Shown one piece after another: positions 36,825 through 48,029 of a stretch of DNA of 64,000 bases. How positions within the stretch are numbered: position 1 is the first letter of the stretch; the number at the start of each line of letters is the position of its first letter. Below the pieces are notes generated by a model, which ran no database searches, had not been told where the DNA came from, and saw only the letters and a program-made list of their open reading frames with translations. Made by a program: the position numbers and the translations under genes. The DNA is from Vicugna vicugna. Its lineage: Eukaryota. Where the stretch lies: assembly GCA_013265495.1 (NCBI GenBank), contig MU058365.1, forward strand, positions 124,001 to 188,000. Reading direction: 5' to 3'.

Positions 36825-37159
36825 TTATACTTGTTTTAGCAAAAATAGTGACTTGTTTTTTATCTGTTTCTTTTTCTTCTTACTTCGTTTTGGTTCTGTA
36901 CCTTTGTATATATAATAGGGGAGAATAAATACTTTTTTGTGTGGTGATCAATTGCGGTTTAGCTTTTTTATTTTTCGTTTCATCGTATGGAGCTTTTTTT
37001 ACTGCAGTTTTTAAATAGCGTGTGAAAAATCTTTAAAACCTGTGTTTCAGGGTCGTTTGTTCGTTTTTTTAAACTTTATAACAATAAATATTGCACCTTT
37101 TGAGTTAAACTTTGGCATTTCCTGTGTTTTATCATACATCTTGTTAATTAGGTTATTCA

Positions 37160-37235
37160 TTTTCTTAAAATGGAGGTTCTTGGGGTTGAATGCAGGACTT
37201 CATGCGTGCTCGGCATACTCTCCACCATTAAAATA
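37160..37235 (-). mobile_element. Decayed vic-1-like SINE (second copy ~41793-41868)
   Basis: AATGGAGGTTCTTGGGGTTGAATGCAGGAC...CTCCACCA resembles the reverse complement of the SINE. Confidence 0.6.
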
Positions 37236-37468
37236 ATATTTTGTATTTAACATAATGTAATATATTGTATTACTTGACTTTGCCGGTTTTGGGTTATGAA
37301 TATTTCATAGTTCGATAGTATATATTTCTAAATTTCTATTTTCTCCATCTCAGGGTTATTTCCAAGATAAAGCAGGGTGGGTGATCCATGTAAAGGATTT
37401 AGTAGATGGCTTGGAGCATATTAAAGTACTGTGGAAATAGTAGCCTTTTAACTTAAAAATTTTTTTAA

Positions 37469-37521
37469 CGTTCTTCTCTTCCTTCGGGGAGAGTAAGAGG
37501 GAGAGAACGCCGTCTGAGTGG
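37469..37521 (+). pseudogene. 3' fragment of U3 copy A at the duplication junction
   Basis: Last ~53 nt of U3 followed by the copy A 3' flank; no promoter or 5' domain. Confidence 0.85.
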
Positions 37522-39821
37522 CTTCGTTTATAATCTTGTTCCACCGAAAAATTAGAAGCTATTGATTTAGTACTCTTAGTAAAGAGTTGTGTTTTCCTGT
37601 TTGCTGTTGTGGTGTCAGCAGGTTGTTGGTTTTTTTTTTTCTTTTTGGTCTGTATCTGAGGTTTGCGGAGACTAAACCTAGAAGTGGTTAACTGGGGAAA
37701 GAGAGGTACTGGCTTTGCTGTTCTTTTGATTTGATTGATACTCTTTTTTGAAATTCTTAAGGGTTGTCGGTTTTTTTTTCTGTGTTATGTAAGGGCAGCG
37801 TTCTTTCTCCTTTTAGTAGTGCTTAAGTTAATAAAGTTATTTTTTTTCTATCTGTTTTGCACTCAATGTTTTCTCAGTTTTTTTTAGTCAATTGTTGGGT
37901 CTCCTATGTTAATCCTAGAAATCCGCTGGGTTTAACTCATATCGTTTCTTTAATTAATTTGTATTGCTGTGGGATATTTACTTCACTGTGTTTTTTTTTT
38001 TTTAATGCTTTTGGTTATGAATGTTTTACTTTCCAAGAGAGATGTTCTTTTTTTAAGTTGAGTTATGATTGACACACTACCAGGTGTAGGCATAATTATT
38101 CCATCCTTTTGTACGTATTGCAAAATGATCACAATAAGTCTGGTGTAACCGTCACCCTATATAGTTATACAAATTTTTTTCTTATAACTATAGTTTTTAA
38201 GATTTATTCTCTTACCAACTTTCAAATATGCAACACAGTGTTACTAACTATAGTCTCCATGCTGTACGTTACATCCCAATGACTTTTTTTATAACTGAAG
38301 TTTGTACCTTTTGACTTTCTTCACCCATCTTTCCCCCATCTCCACCCTCGCTCACACCTCTAGTGAACATGGGGGTGTATGTATCTTTTCAAGTTAGTAT
38401 TTTTCATTTCTTTGGATAAATACCTAGACAGAATTACTGAAGCATTTGGTAGTTCAGCACCAATTTACATTTACACCAGCAATGCACAAGGGTTCCCTTT
38501 TCTCCACATCGCCAAATGTCTTTTTGATAATAGCCATTCTAACAGATATGAGGTGATGTGATATCTGTTTGTGGTTTTGATTTGCATTTCCCTGATGAGT
38601 AGTGATTTAGCATCTTTTCATGTGCGTGTTGGCCATCTGTGTACATTCTTTAGAAAAAAAAAGTCTAATCAGATCCTTTGGCCATCTTTTTATTGGATTT
38701 TTGGGGTTGTTTTGTTTTGAGTAAAGGTAGATTTATTTAGAGAGATACATATTGCATAGAGTGTAAGGCAAGAGAAAGGCCATGAGGTGTGGGGAGGCCA
38801 CGAGGTGTGAGGTTGCATGCTCAGGTTAGAGTAACCTTAGGTACACACTCCATAGACAAGAGTGTGGGCTGTCTCCGAAGAGGAGAGAGCTAGAGAGGCG
38901 GCCTGGGTTTTGTTTTGTTTTGTTTTGTTTTGTTTTGCTATTCTGGTATATGAGTTCTTGATATATTGGATACTAATCCCTCATCAGATACATAATTTGC
39001 AAGTAGTTTTTCCTATTCAGTCAGTTGCCTTTTCATTTCTTAATGGTTTCTTTTGCTGTGCAGAAGCTTTTTAGTGTGATGTAGTCCCACTTGATTATTT
39101 TTGCATTTTTGTTGCCTATGCTTTTCGTGTCAAATCCAAAAAAATCAACACCAAGACCAGTGCCTAGGAGCTTACCATCTATGTGTTCTAGGAGTTTTAT
39201 GATTTTAGGCCTTTCATTCAAGTTTTTAATCCATTTTGAGTTAATTTTTGTGTATGGTGTAAGATACTGGTCCAGTTTCATTCTTTGGCAAAGTCCAATC
39301 TTCCCAGTATCATTTATAGAAGAGACTTTACTTTCCCCATTGTATATTGTTGACTCCACTGTCTTAAATTAATTGACCGAAAATTCATGGGCTTATTTCT
39401 GGGCTCTCTCTTGTACTCCATTGATCTATATGTCTGTTTTCTTGCCAGTACCATACTGTTTTTATTACTATAGCTTTGAAATATAGTTTGAAGTCAGGGA
39501 ATGTTGTGTCTGCAGCTTTCTTTTCTTTCTCAAGATTGCTTTGACTCTTTGTGGTCTTTTGTGGTTCCAGTAAAATTTTAGAATTTTGTTCTATTTCTGT
39601 GAAAAATGCCATTGGAATTTTGATGGATACTCCATTGAATCTTATATTGCTTTGGGTAGTATGGACATTTTGACAATAATAGTTGTTCCAATCTACGAGC
39701 ACAGAATATCTTTCCATTTATTTCTGTCTTCAGCAGTTTCTTTAATCAGTGCCATAGTTTTCAGTATACAGGTGTTTCACCTCCTTGGTTAACTTTTTCC
39801 TAGTTTTTTTTTTTTTAAATT

Positions 39822-40590
39822 NNNNNNNNNNNNNNNNNNNNNNNNNNNNNNNNNNNNNNNNNNNNNNNNNNNNNNNNNNNNNNNNNNNNNNNNNNNNNNN
39901 NNNNNNNNNNNNNNNNNNNNNNNNNNNNNNNNNNNNNNNNNNNNNNNNNNNNNNNNNNNNNNNNNNNNNNNNNNNNNNNNNNNNNNNNNNNNNNNNNNNN
40001 NNNNNNNNNNNNNNNNNNNNNNNNNNNNNNNNNNNNNNNNNNNNNNNNNNNNNNNNNNNNNNNNNNNNNNNNNNNNNNNNNNNNNNNNNNNNNNNNNNNN
40101 NNNNNNNNNNNNNNNNNNNNNNNNNNNNNNNNNNNNNNNNNNNNNNNNNNNNNNNNNNNNNNNNNNNNNNNNNNNNNNNNNNNNNNNNNNNNNNNNNNNN
40201 NNNNNNNNNNNNNNNNNNNNNNNNNNNNNNNNNNNNNNNNNNNNNNNNNNNNNNNNNNNNNNNNNNNNNNNNNNNNNNNNNNNNNNNNNNNNNNNNNNNN
40301 NNNNNNNNNNNNNNNNNNNNNNNNNNNNNNNNNNNNNNNNNNNNNNNNNNNNNNNNNNNNNNNNNNNNNNNNNNNNNNNNNNNNNNNNNNNNNNNNNNNN
40401 NNNNNNNNNNNNNNNNNNNNNNNNNNNNNNNNNNNNNNNNNNNNNNNNNNNNNNNNNNNNNNNNNNNNNNNNNNNNNNNNNNNNNNNNNNNNNNNNNNNN
40501 NNNNNNNNNNNNNNNNNNNNNNNNNNNNNNNNNNNNNNNNNNNNNNNNNNNNNNNNNNNNNNNNNNNNNNNNNNNNNNNNNNNNNNNNNN
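39822..40590. other. Assembly gap (N)
   Basis: Run of N. Confidence 1.
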
Positions 40591-40961
40591 AAAAAAAAAA
40601 AAATGTGTTTGGTTCAGAAAACCATGTGGACGTCCACGTGGCACTGTGCTTTCTGGCACGCTGGAAGACGTGGGGCAGAAGCACTTTAACCACAGGAAGT
40701 GACTGAAAAGTCATACACCATCTTATATAAAGCGTGTTCTTTAGGAGAAGCTGGGACTAACTTTTGCCACAAGCGTAGGCTTCCTCTTGAGATTTGGAAG
40801 CCAGGCAGATCAGTCATTCAAGACTGAACCTTGAAGGATAGTGTATTTAGTGCTTTCTTAGAGAAATGACCTTGATTGGGGCCTCGACCTCTGGAGAAAG
40901 GCAGTTTAGCTTCCAGAAGGGCGAGGCGACCCCACTTGGACCCAGGTGGCGCCGGGCGCGG

Positions 40962-41196
40962 TGGGCGGGGTATTAGGAGTCTTGTGTAGGAGTCCGATGC
41001 GCGCGGCGTGTGATTGGCTGCTAGGAAGCCATATGTTAATGAGGCCTGTTGCTGGTTTTGCAGTCTTTGTGGAAGATTTACGGGCGAAAGTGGTGCTTGA
41101 ACTTCGGCATTTCACCTAATACTTATAAGATACAAAGTAAAAAATGTTTCCGAGACGACGAGTGACGTGACAGAATGTCGCCATCAGTGTAAAGTG
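40962..41196 (+). promoter_or_regulatory. U3 copy C promoter
   Basis: GC box, ATTGG 41013, ATGTTAAT 41033-41040, PSE 41178-41196; ~400-bp deletion upstream at ~40917 relative to A/B. Confidence 0.85.
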
Positions 41197-41238
41197 CGCG
41201 GCTGCCACGGAGCCGTCAGAGGCTTCGCGGTCAAGGTT

Positions 41239-41453
41239 AAGACTATACTTTCAGGGATCATTTCTATAGTTCGTTACTAGAGAAGTTTCTCTGAACGTGT
41301 AGAGCACCCGAAACCACGAGGAGGAGGCGCAGCGTTCTCTCCTGAGCGTGAAGCTGGCTTTTGGTGTCGCTTGTGTGACCGCCATTTGCTATTGATGATC
41401 GTTCTTCTCTTTCTTCGGGGAGAGTAAGAGGGAGAGAACGCCGTCTGAGTGGT
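41239..41453 (+). ncRNA. SNORD3: U3 snoRNA copy C (possibly an allele of copy B)
   Basis: Full U3 with all boxes, ending CTGAGTGGT; 3' box-like GTTTCAGCAAAAATAG downstream. Confidence 0.97.
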
Positions 41454-42955
41454 TTCGTTTATACTTGTTTCAGCAAAAATAGTGACTTGTTTTTTATCTG
41501 TTTCTTTTTCTTCTTACTTCGTTTTGGTTCTGTACCTTTGTATATATACTAGGGGAGAATAAATACTTTATTGTGTGGTGATCATTGCAGTTTAGCTTTT
41601 TTATCTTTCGTTTCATCGTATGGAGCTTTTTTTACTGCAGTTTTTAAATAGCGTGTGAAAAATCCTTAAAACCTGTGTTTCAGGGTTTTTTGTTCGTTTT
41701 TTTAAATTTTATAACAATAAATATTGCACCTTTTGAGTTAAACTTTGGCATTTCCTGTGTTTTATCATACATCTTGTTAATTAGGTTATTCATTTTCTTA
41801 AAATGGAGGTTCTTGGGGTTGAATGCAGGACTTCATGCGTGCTCGGCATACTCTCCACCATTAAAATAATATTTTGTATTTAACATAATGTAATATATTG
41901 TATTACTTGACTTTGCCGGTTTTGGGTTATGAATATTTCATAGTTCGATAGTATATATTTCTAAATTTCTATTTTCTCCATCTCAGGGTTATTTCCAAGA
42001 TAAAGCAGGGTGGGTGATCCATGTAAAGGATTTAGTAGATGGCTTGGAGCATATTAAAGTACTGTGGAAATAGTAGCCTTTTAACTTAAAAATTTTTTTT
42101 AATGAAGAAGAGAAACCGTGTTGAAGTCATGTGTTTTGTTGGTAGAGGTTGGGGTGTGTAACCTTTCATGCTCACCCAGTATGTTGTTATTTTTTTTTAA
42201 TAATACAAGGTCTAAATAGACTTATTGATATTTAAAATTAAATGTGATACATGTAAAATTTTTAAAAAATTTCACTCCAGAAAGGTACCAAATTACCACT
42301 AAAAACAGAATCCCCCCAACTTCCTGCTGGCCAAAAATCCCAAAATCCCACAAAAGTACAGTTTTGGTTACTTTATTACTAATTTGTTAAAATATGGAGA
42401 GAATTGTTTTTCAAAATAATACTCTCCATTTCCCCATTTAAGATTGGCCCAGGTCCATTATTTTGGAAAAAATAATTACCCAGGTGAACCCAATATTCAG
42501 TCCACACTCAACGTGACTAAGCAGCAGAGGATCTCAAAGTTAAAAGGGGCAAATCAAAATTAAGGATCTTGGAATGTTAAAATTAAAAAATAAAATAATC
42601 TCACCCACAGGCGCTGCATGTCGTATTTAAGATTAGAAAACTCATTTGAGGCATCCGAGCACACCTTTGTCTTAGAGTAGTCCGGGCAGTGTTGGTTTGG
42701 TAGTGTTTTTAGAAACAGAAAGGCAAGCGCTTCTGACTGGCTGTTTGTCCGTAATAGGTTAATTAAGAACTTGAAGTCTTAGTTTCTTAAAAAGCAAACA
42801 AACTCTTGAGTATTCAGAATTTTTTTTAAGTTGTATGTGAAATGGTAGTTTGAAAATAATTTATATGAGATTTTGAATGAGAGGAATGTGGAATAATGTC
42901 ACTGTCAGCAAAAAGTGTGCAGCTGCCACTGACCCAGCAGAGGTTGCAGTCAGTC

Positions 42956-43105
42956 AAGGCTCTACTTTTAGGGGGTTATTTCTGTAGTTTGTTACTAGAG
43001 CAGTTTCTCTGTTGTAGAGCACCTTAAGGCACGAGGACTTATGGCATTCTCGTCTAAGCTGCTTCTCCTTCTCTTGGAGGAGTGGGAGGGAGGGAACCTG
43101 AGTGG
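42956..43105 (+). pseudogene. Decayed U3 pseudogene (copy D) with promoter remnant
   Basis: AAGGCTCTACTTTTAGGGGGTTATTTCTGTAGTTTGTTACTAGAG...CTGAGTGG; boxes B/C region deleted; PSE remnant ~42899-42917; mutated CCAAT/octamer 42734-42763. Confidence 0.85.
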
Positions 43106-43750
43106 CTTCTGCTTATATTACTGTCACAGACCGTAGATGTTGTGCGTTCTATCCTGACCAGATTATTGTGTAAACTGTAATTTTTCTATGCAGTGAGGAA
43201 GAATTTGTCTGAGGCAATTTGGCATTTGTTTTCTGATTGGGTTTATGGGTGACATGATTTGAGCTTTTTCACACATCGGTGTTCAGGGCAGCTCAAGGGT
43301 ATTGAAACAAAATTAGCATCCCTTTCTCCCTCTCCTTTCTGTCAGTCAAGTCACTCTCCCCACACCTAGGTAGATAGCCCTATCTTTCCTCCATGGTGAT
43401 TTCTCTCTCAATCTCAGTCCTAGCCAAGGAAATAGAGTGTAGGCCTAGGGCTTATAGGACTTCGGCAGAAGGAGGAATGAAAGAAGGCAGAGTTTGGCCA
43501 AAGCATTGTGGACAGAAAGCTAAGGGTAGTGGGCAGCTACTGAAGGAGGGTGACTTCATCAGCTGTGCGTTTTAAGGTCATTCTAAATGCTCTGTGACGA
43601 TTATGTTTGTGGGCAGGGGTGATGTGGCAAGTGTAAGGACCAGTTAGATACTGTATTCAGCTACCCAGGAGAAGACGATTGTGATGATAGAGAAAGACCA
43701 GATCTGAAAGATATTTAAGTGGTAAAATTGATAGGACTTAGGGATTGATT

Positions 43751-44366
43751 TGTCAATGAAAATTCAATTAACTATCAAAAAGAAAAAAAGGGAATCTTAC
43801 TTGAGCCAGACTGAGGATTTAACCCAAGAAGCAGATTCTCATAAAACTGTTAGAAGTTGAAGGTACAGTCATATACATTTTTGAGACAAAGGATTGTACT
43901 TCAAAATGACATACTGATATTTTACATTAAGTTCACCAAAGAACAAGTAGTCCAGGTAAAAATAAGCTTGTACAAAGTGAGCAGCAAGTAAGTCACCATG
44001 ACCCCCTAAAGAGTTGAGAAAGAACGATACTCTTTTAAGAAGTTACATTGCCAGGGGGAGGGTATAGCTCAAGTGGTAGAGCACATGCTTAGCATGCAGG
44101 AGGTCCTGGGTTCAATCCCCTAATTACTTCCCCCACAAAAAAAAAATTAAAAATTAAAAAAAAAGAAGTTACATTGCCAGTATCAGAAGAAAGGAAAAGA
44201 AAATTGATCTTTACAGTTGAGCAAACACTCGCATCTTTGAGGTGCTCTGGTTAATATGTAATGCAGATGCACACTCCATGTTAGGGAGGGAGGAGGCCCA
44301 AACACAAAGAATTTTATGTTTAATTTTTTTGTTGTTCTGCATTAAAATATACATTTTATTTCATCA
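43751..44366 (-). mobile_element. ERV1-class solo LTR containing a SINE
   Basis: TG...CA termini, 4-bp TSD GATT (43747-43750, 44367-44370); strand inferred. Confidence 0.65.
44055..44162 (+). mobile_element. Young vic-1-like SINE
   Basis: Near-consensus body; perfect 18-bp TSD AAGAAGTTACATTGCCAG (44037-44054, 44163-44180). Confidence 0.92.
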
Positions 44367-46784
44367 GATTCAATGTAGGTGTGAGTTAGAGGAACTGTCA
44401 AGGATAATTGTCAGGTCTTATGGCTTGAACAAATGATTAGACCATGATACCACATGTTAAATGGGGAAAGTGGAGGGGAAAATGAATTAGTTAGGGTAAT
44501 GGAGCGGGAAGTGATGGTAGAGTTCAGTTTAGGGAACATTTAAGGGAGTTTTTTTTTTTTTCAAGCGGGTGAATAGCAAAGGAGTTAGAACTCCCACAGC
44601 AAACCAAGAAGGAGCAGCCAGAGAGTTAGGAGGGAAACCACATGAGCTTGCTTGATGGAAGCCAAGTGGGACACAATGAAGTGTGTGGAAAGCAGATGAG
44701 AGACTAAGATGAAGATAGAAAAGTATCCATTGGTCCTGTGTGGAAACAGAAACTCGTTAGGGATGGACTGATCAGTGGAATGATGTGAAGGTTTGCCATT
44801 CGGTGGAAAGACTCCCAGAAGAAAAAACTCAGGCTGTGAGGGAGAGTATATGGGGTACGTGTGCATTCAGCTGGGGGACAGGGGCAAGATGTGGGATGCA
44901 TTTAGGGTTTAACTAGGATGGGAGAGCAAGTCTGAGTGCAGTTGGAAGGACTGAGGAGAGTAGGAGAAACTGAGCTACGGGAGAGAGCAGCTCTCAGCTG
45001 GCAAGAGGCCTTTGAGTCGGCCAGAGAAGGTGGAAAGTTCAGATGCAGGTGGGTTTGTCCGTGTAATGAGATCATGTTAAGGGCTTTTCAAGTGATGGCT
45101 TCTATTTCTTTGCCAAATATGAGAAGGATCATTGCTGAGGGAGGTTGGTGAGGAGGGATAGGAGGCTTGAGAATAAAGAAGGAATGAACTAATCATCCCA
45201 GGGAGCAGGTGAGGAAAAGACACCTCCTGAGAGTGTGTGATCCCAGGATTGCAGTTAATTTCTCTTTCTTCCACTCTAACCATGTACTATATAGTTCCTC
45301 CTTGATTTTCTCCTGCTGTATCTATAGTGGCCAAGCTTTCACTGTGAGCCCTAAATTAGTTCTTGGTCCTCTTTAAAAGGTTAGGAAGCATGAGAGGAGT
45401 ACATACTCTGGAATTGACTCCTTGGTCTGTTATTTACTAGCTGTGGGTTCCTGGGAAGTTCCTTAACCCCAGTCCGTCCCCATGTAAAATAGATGTAGTA
45501 CTAATAGCATCAAAACACAGGGTTGTTATAAGAGTTAAAATTAGATAAAGCAAGTATAGTAGTTGAACACTCCCTTACCCCACTGAGAAAAAGCCCCTCC
45601 TTTAGATGAGAAATCCATCTCTTGCTAGTCTTCCCTGTACAGCACCATCCATTGAGTTATTCCAGGCACAAAACAACATGTCAGCCTTTGAAACAAACCT
45701 CTTCCCCTGACACCTCACCCCCTGAGCAAGTCCACCAGTGAGTCCAATCAGCTCAACTTCCAGAACAGCCCAAGTTTTTCCTCCCTTCTTGCTGTGCTCA
45801 AATGCAAGCTGCCATGATCTCTCCTTGCAGCGGTTCAGAACTGGTCTCCAGAGCTTCAAACCTCTCAGTGGCTTCCCTTCCCACTTAAAATCCAGACTCC
45901 CCAGGCCTTGGCCATGCCTAGAAAATCCTCAGCTATCTGACATCATCTGCCTGCACCTTCCCTCTCCCTTATACCCTGTGTTCTCTAGCTGTCTTCAAAT
46001 TGCTTGTTCCCTTCTTTGGGTCTTGGCATTAGTTGTTTTCTCTGCTTAAATGCAACCTTTAAAGAGAGGACTTCCCTGAGCACTCATATCTAAAGTAGCC
46101 ACCATGTCCCTCTCTATTTCAGCACTTTAAGTCCTCTGCATGCCTCATCATCTGATCCTCTTGGGTATCTATTGTCATCTCTCTACCTCACTAGAATGTA
46201 AGGTTTTTGTGAGAGTAGGGACCTTTACTCACCACTGTACCTCTGTTTTCCCAGTACCTAGAATAATCTTTAGCACATAAAAAATCGGGATAATCATTAA
46301 GGTGACACCCGCTATGCTCTACTATGCTCTACAGACCTCAGGCAAGTTACCTAATCTTTCTGTGCCTAAATTCCATAAAACTGGGATGATTACAATTGTA
46401 TTTATCTCATAGAATAGCACTTAGAATGATGACTGGTGCCTGGCAAGTTCACAATAAATAGTAGCTAGTATAGTTATGGTTGGCACTTAGGTATTTGTTG
46501 AGGGAAGAAATGATGCCAAATCCACCTACCTGCTCCAGCTTAAAAATTCAGAAAGGGTGAACAACCATATGGTACAAAAACCAAAAGGTTCTGTTTTCCA
46601 GTGCTGGTTCTCTGCCACCCAGTCCCCCTTCCTGCCACAGTCCTGGTGACCTCTTACCAGAGTTTTGAAGTCGAACTTTTAGGACAGCCTTGAATTAGAA
46701 TGGCTAAGATTTACTGATCATTAGAATCAGCTAGATTCTCACTTAGCAAAGGCAAAGACCCACCCTTTCCTTTATAGCTTTCAA

Positions 46785-47039
46785 GGGGCGAGGTCGCTGT
46801 ACCAGAACTGTGGAGTGAATGCCTCCCGGGCTTTAAAGACGTAGAATGTCATTGGCTGTCATTCAGTATTATGTTAATTAAGTGTGACTGCTTTAAAAGT
46901 TGTTAAATTACATTTCCAGTTAAAATGTTAAAATGAGTTGGGAATGATAGCATTTGAAAGATTGTATTTTCAAAAGCTCTTTCTATTTTTTCTAGTAGAA
47001 CTAGAAGTGGGGAAATTATCTTGCCATCAGTGAAAAGTG
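46785..47039 (+). promoter_or_regulatory. U3 copy E promoter (CpG-depleted)
   Basis: GGGGCGAGG ~46785, ATTGG 46851, ATGTTAAT 46871-46878, PSE TTGCCATCAGTGAAAAGTG 47021-47039 (-61). Confidence 0.75.
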
Positions 47040-47081
47040 CGTGGCTGCCACGGAGCAATCAGAGGCTTCCAGGCTAAGGTC

Positions 47082-47297
47082 AAAACTATACTTTCAGGGA
47101 TCATTTCTATAGTTTGTTACTAGAGAAGCTTCTCTGAATGTGTAGAGCACCCATAAACCACGAGGAGGAGGTGTTGTGTTCTCTCCTGAGCGTGAAGCTG
47201 GTTTTTGGTGTTGCTTAGTGTGACTGCCATTTGCCATTGATGATCGTTCTTCTCTTCTTTTGGGAGAGTAAGAGGGAGAGGACACTATCTGAGTGGT
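47082..47297 (+). ncRNA. SNORD3: Divergent U3 snoRNA copy E
   Basis: Full length; boxes A', A, C', B, C, D intact; G3A in the GAC box; many CpG transitions. Confidence 0.88.
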
Positions 47298-48029
47298 TTT
47301 TGGTTTTTACCTAGTTTAAGGGGAGGAAGATCTTTGAAGAGTGATTTTTTTTTCCTGCTAGGGTTCTTAGTGGTTTTAAGCTAATAATGCACTATGTTTA
47401 CGTTTGGTATGTGGCTTTTTCAAAGATCTGTGTGTAACTTTTTGACTTTGAGTGTAGGACTTCTACAGTGTTGCTATCTTAACACAGGTGTTAGTTAGGC
47501 CTCTGTAAATAAATTGATGTCTGGGCTTTAAAGTGTCTTACTATAAGCAATAGGGTAGTAAGAGTTACCCAGAAAATGGGCTTAAAGTAGCTTTAGACAT
47601 AAATTTTGGTATGTCCTTAGTTAAAATAGTGTATACTTTCCCCCTCAGTGCTGCTTTTCTTGTTTTAATTATGTTACTTCAGCTAAAGGTAATTTTAAGT
47701 AAGCTTTTTTAGTCTGTTGCACTGACATTTTTTTCATTTGCTTAATCTAAACTGTATTGTTATTTGAACTTCACCTTAAAGTTATTCCAGAATAATGAGA
47801 TGCTTTTCCTGACATCAGCTTTAGGAAGTTACTCTGGTTTTGCACTGGAGCCCTTCACGCATCGAACTTGTCATTGCACAGTAGGCTAGAAAAATCAGCA
47901 AAATCTCCTAATTCTACCAACTATTATGTGATATAGTTCACTTTAGGAAAAAGCAGGCTTCATTTCCTGTTGGAGGTGGTAATGCTTTTGAAAACTGCCA
48001 TTATTACACAGCATATGTTCCACTAATTC

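Larger units (their letters stand above)
32089..42102. repeat. Tandem duplication with 5380-bp period (32089-37468 / 37469-42102, second copy gapped)
   Basis: U3 3' part + L1 + promoter + U3 + 3' flank occur twice; the junction at 37468/37469 enters mid-U3. Confidence 0.9.
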
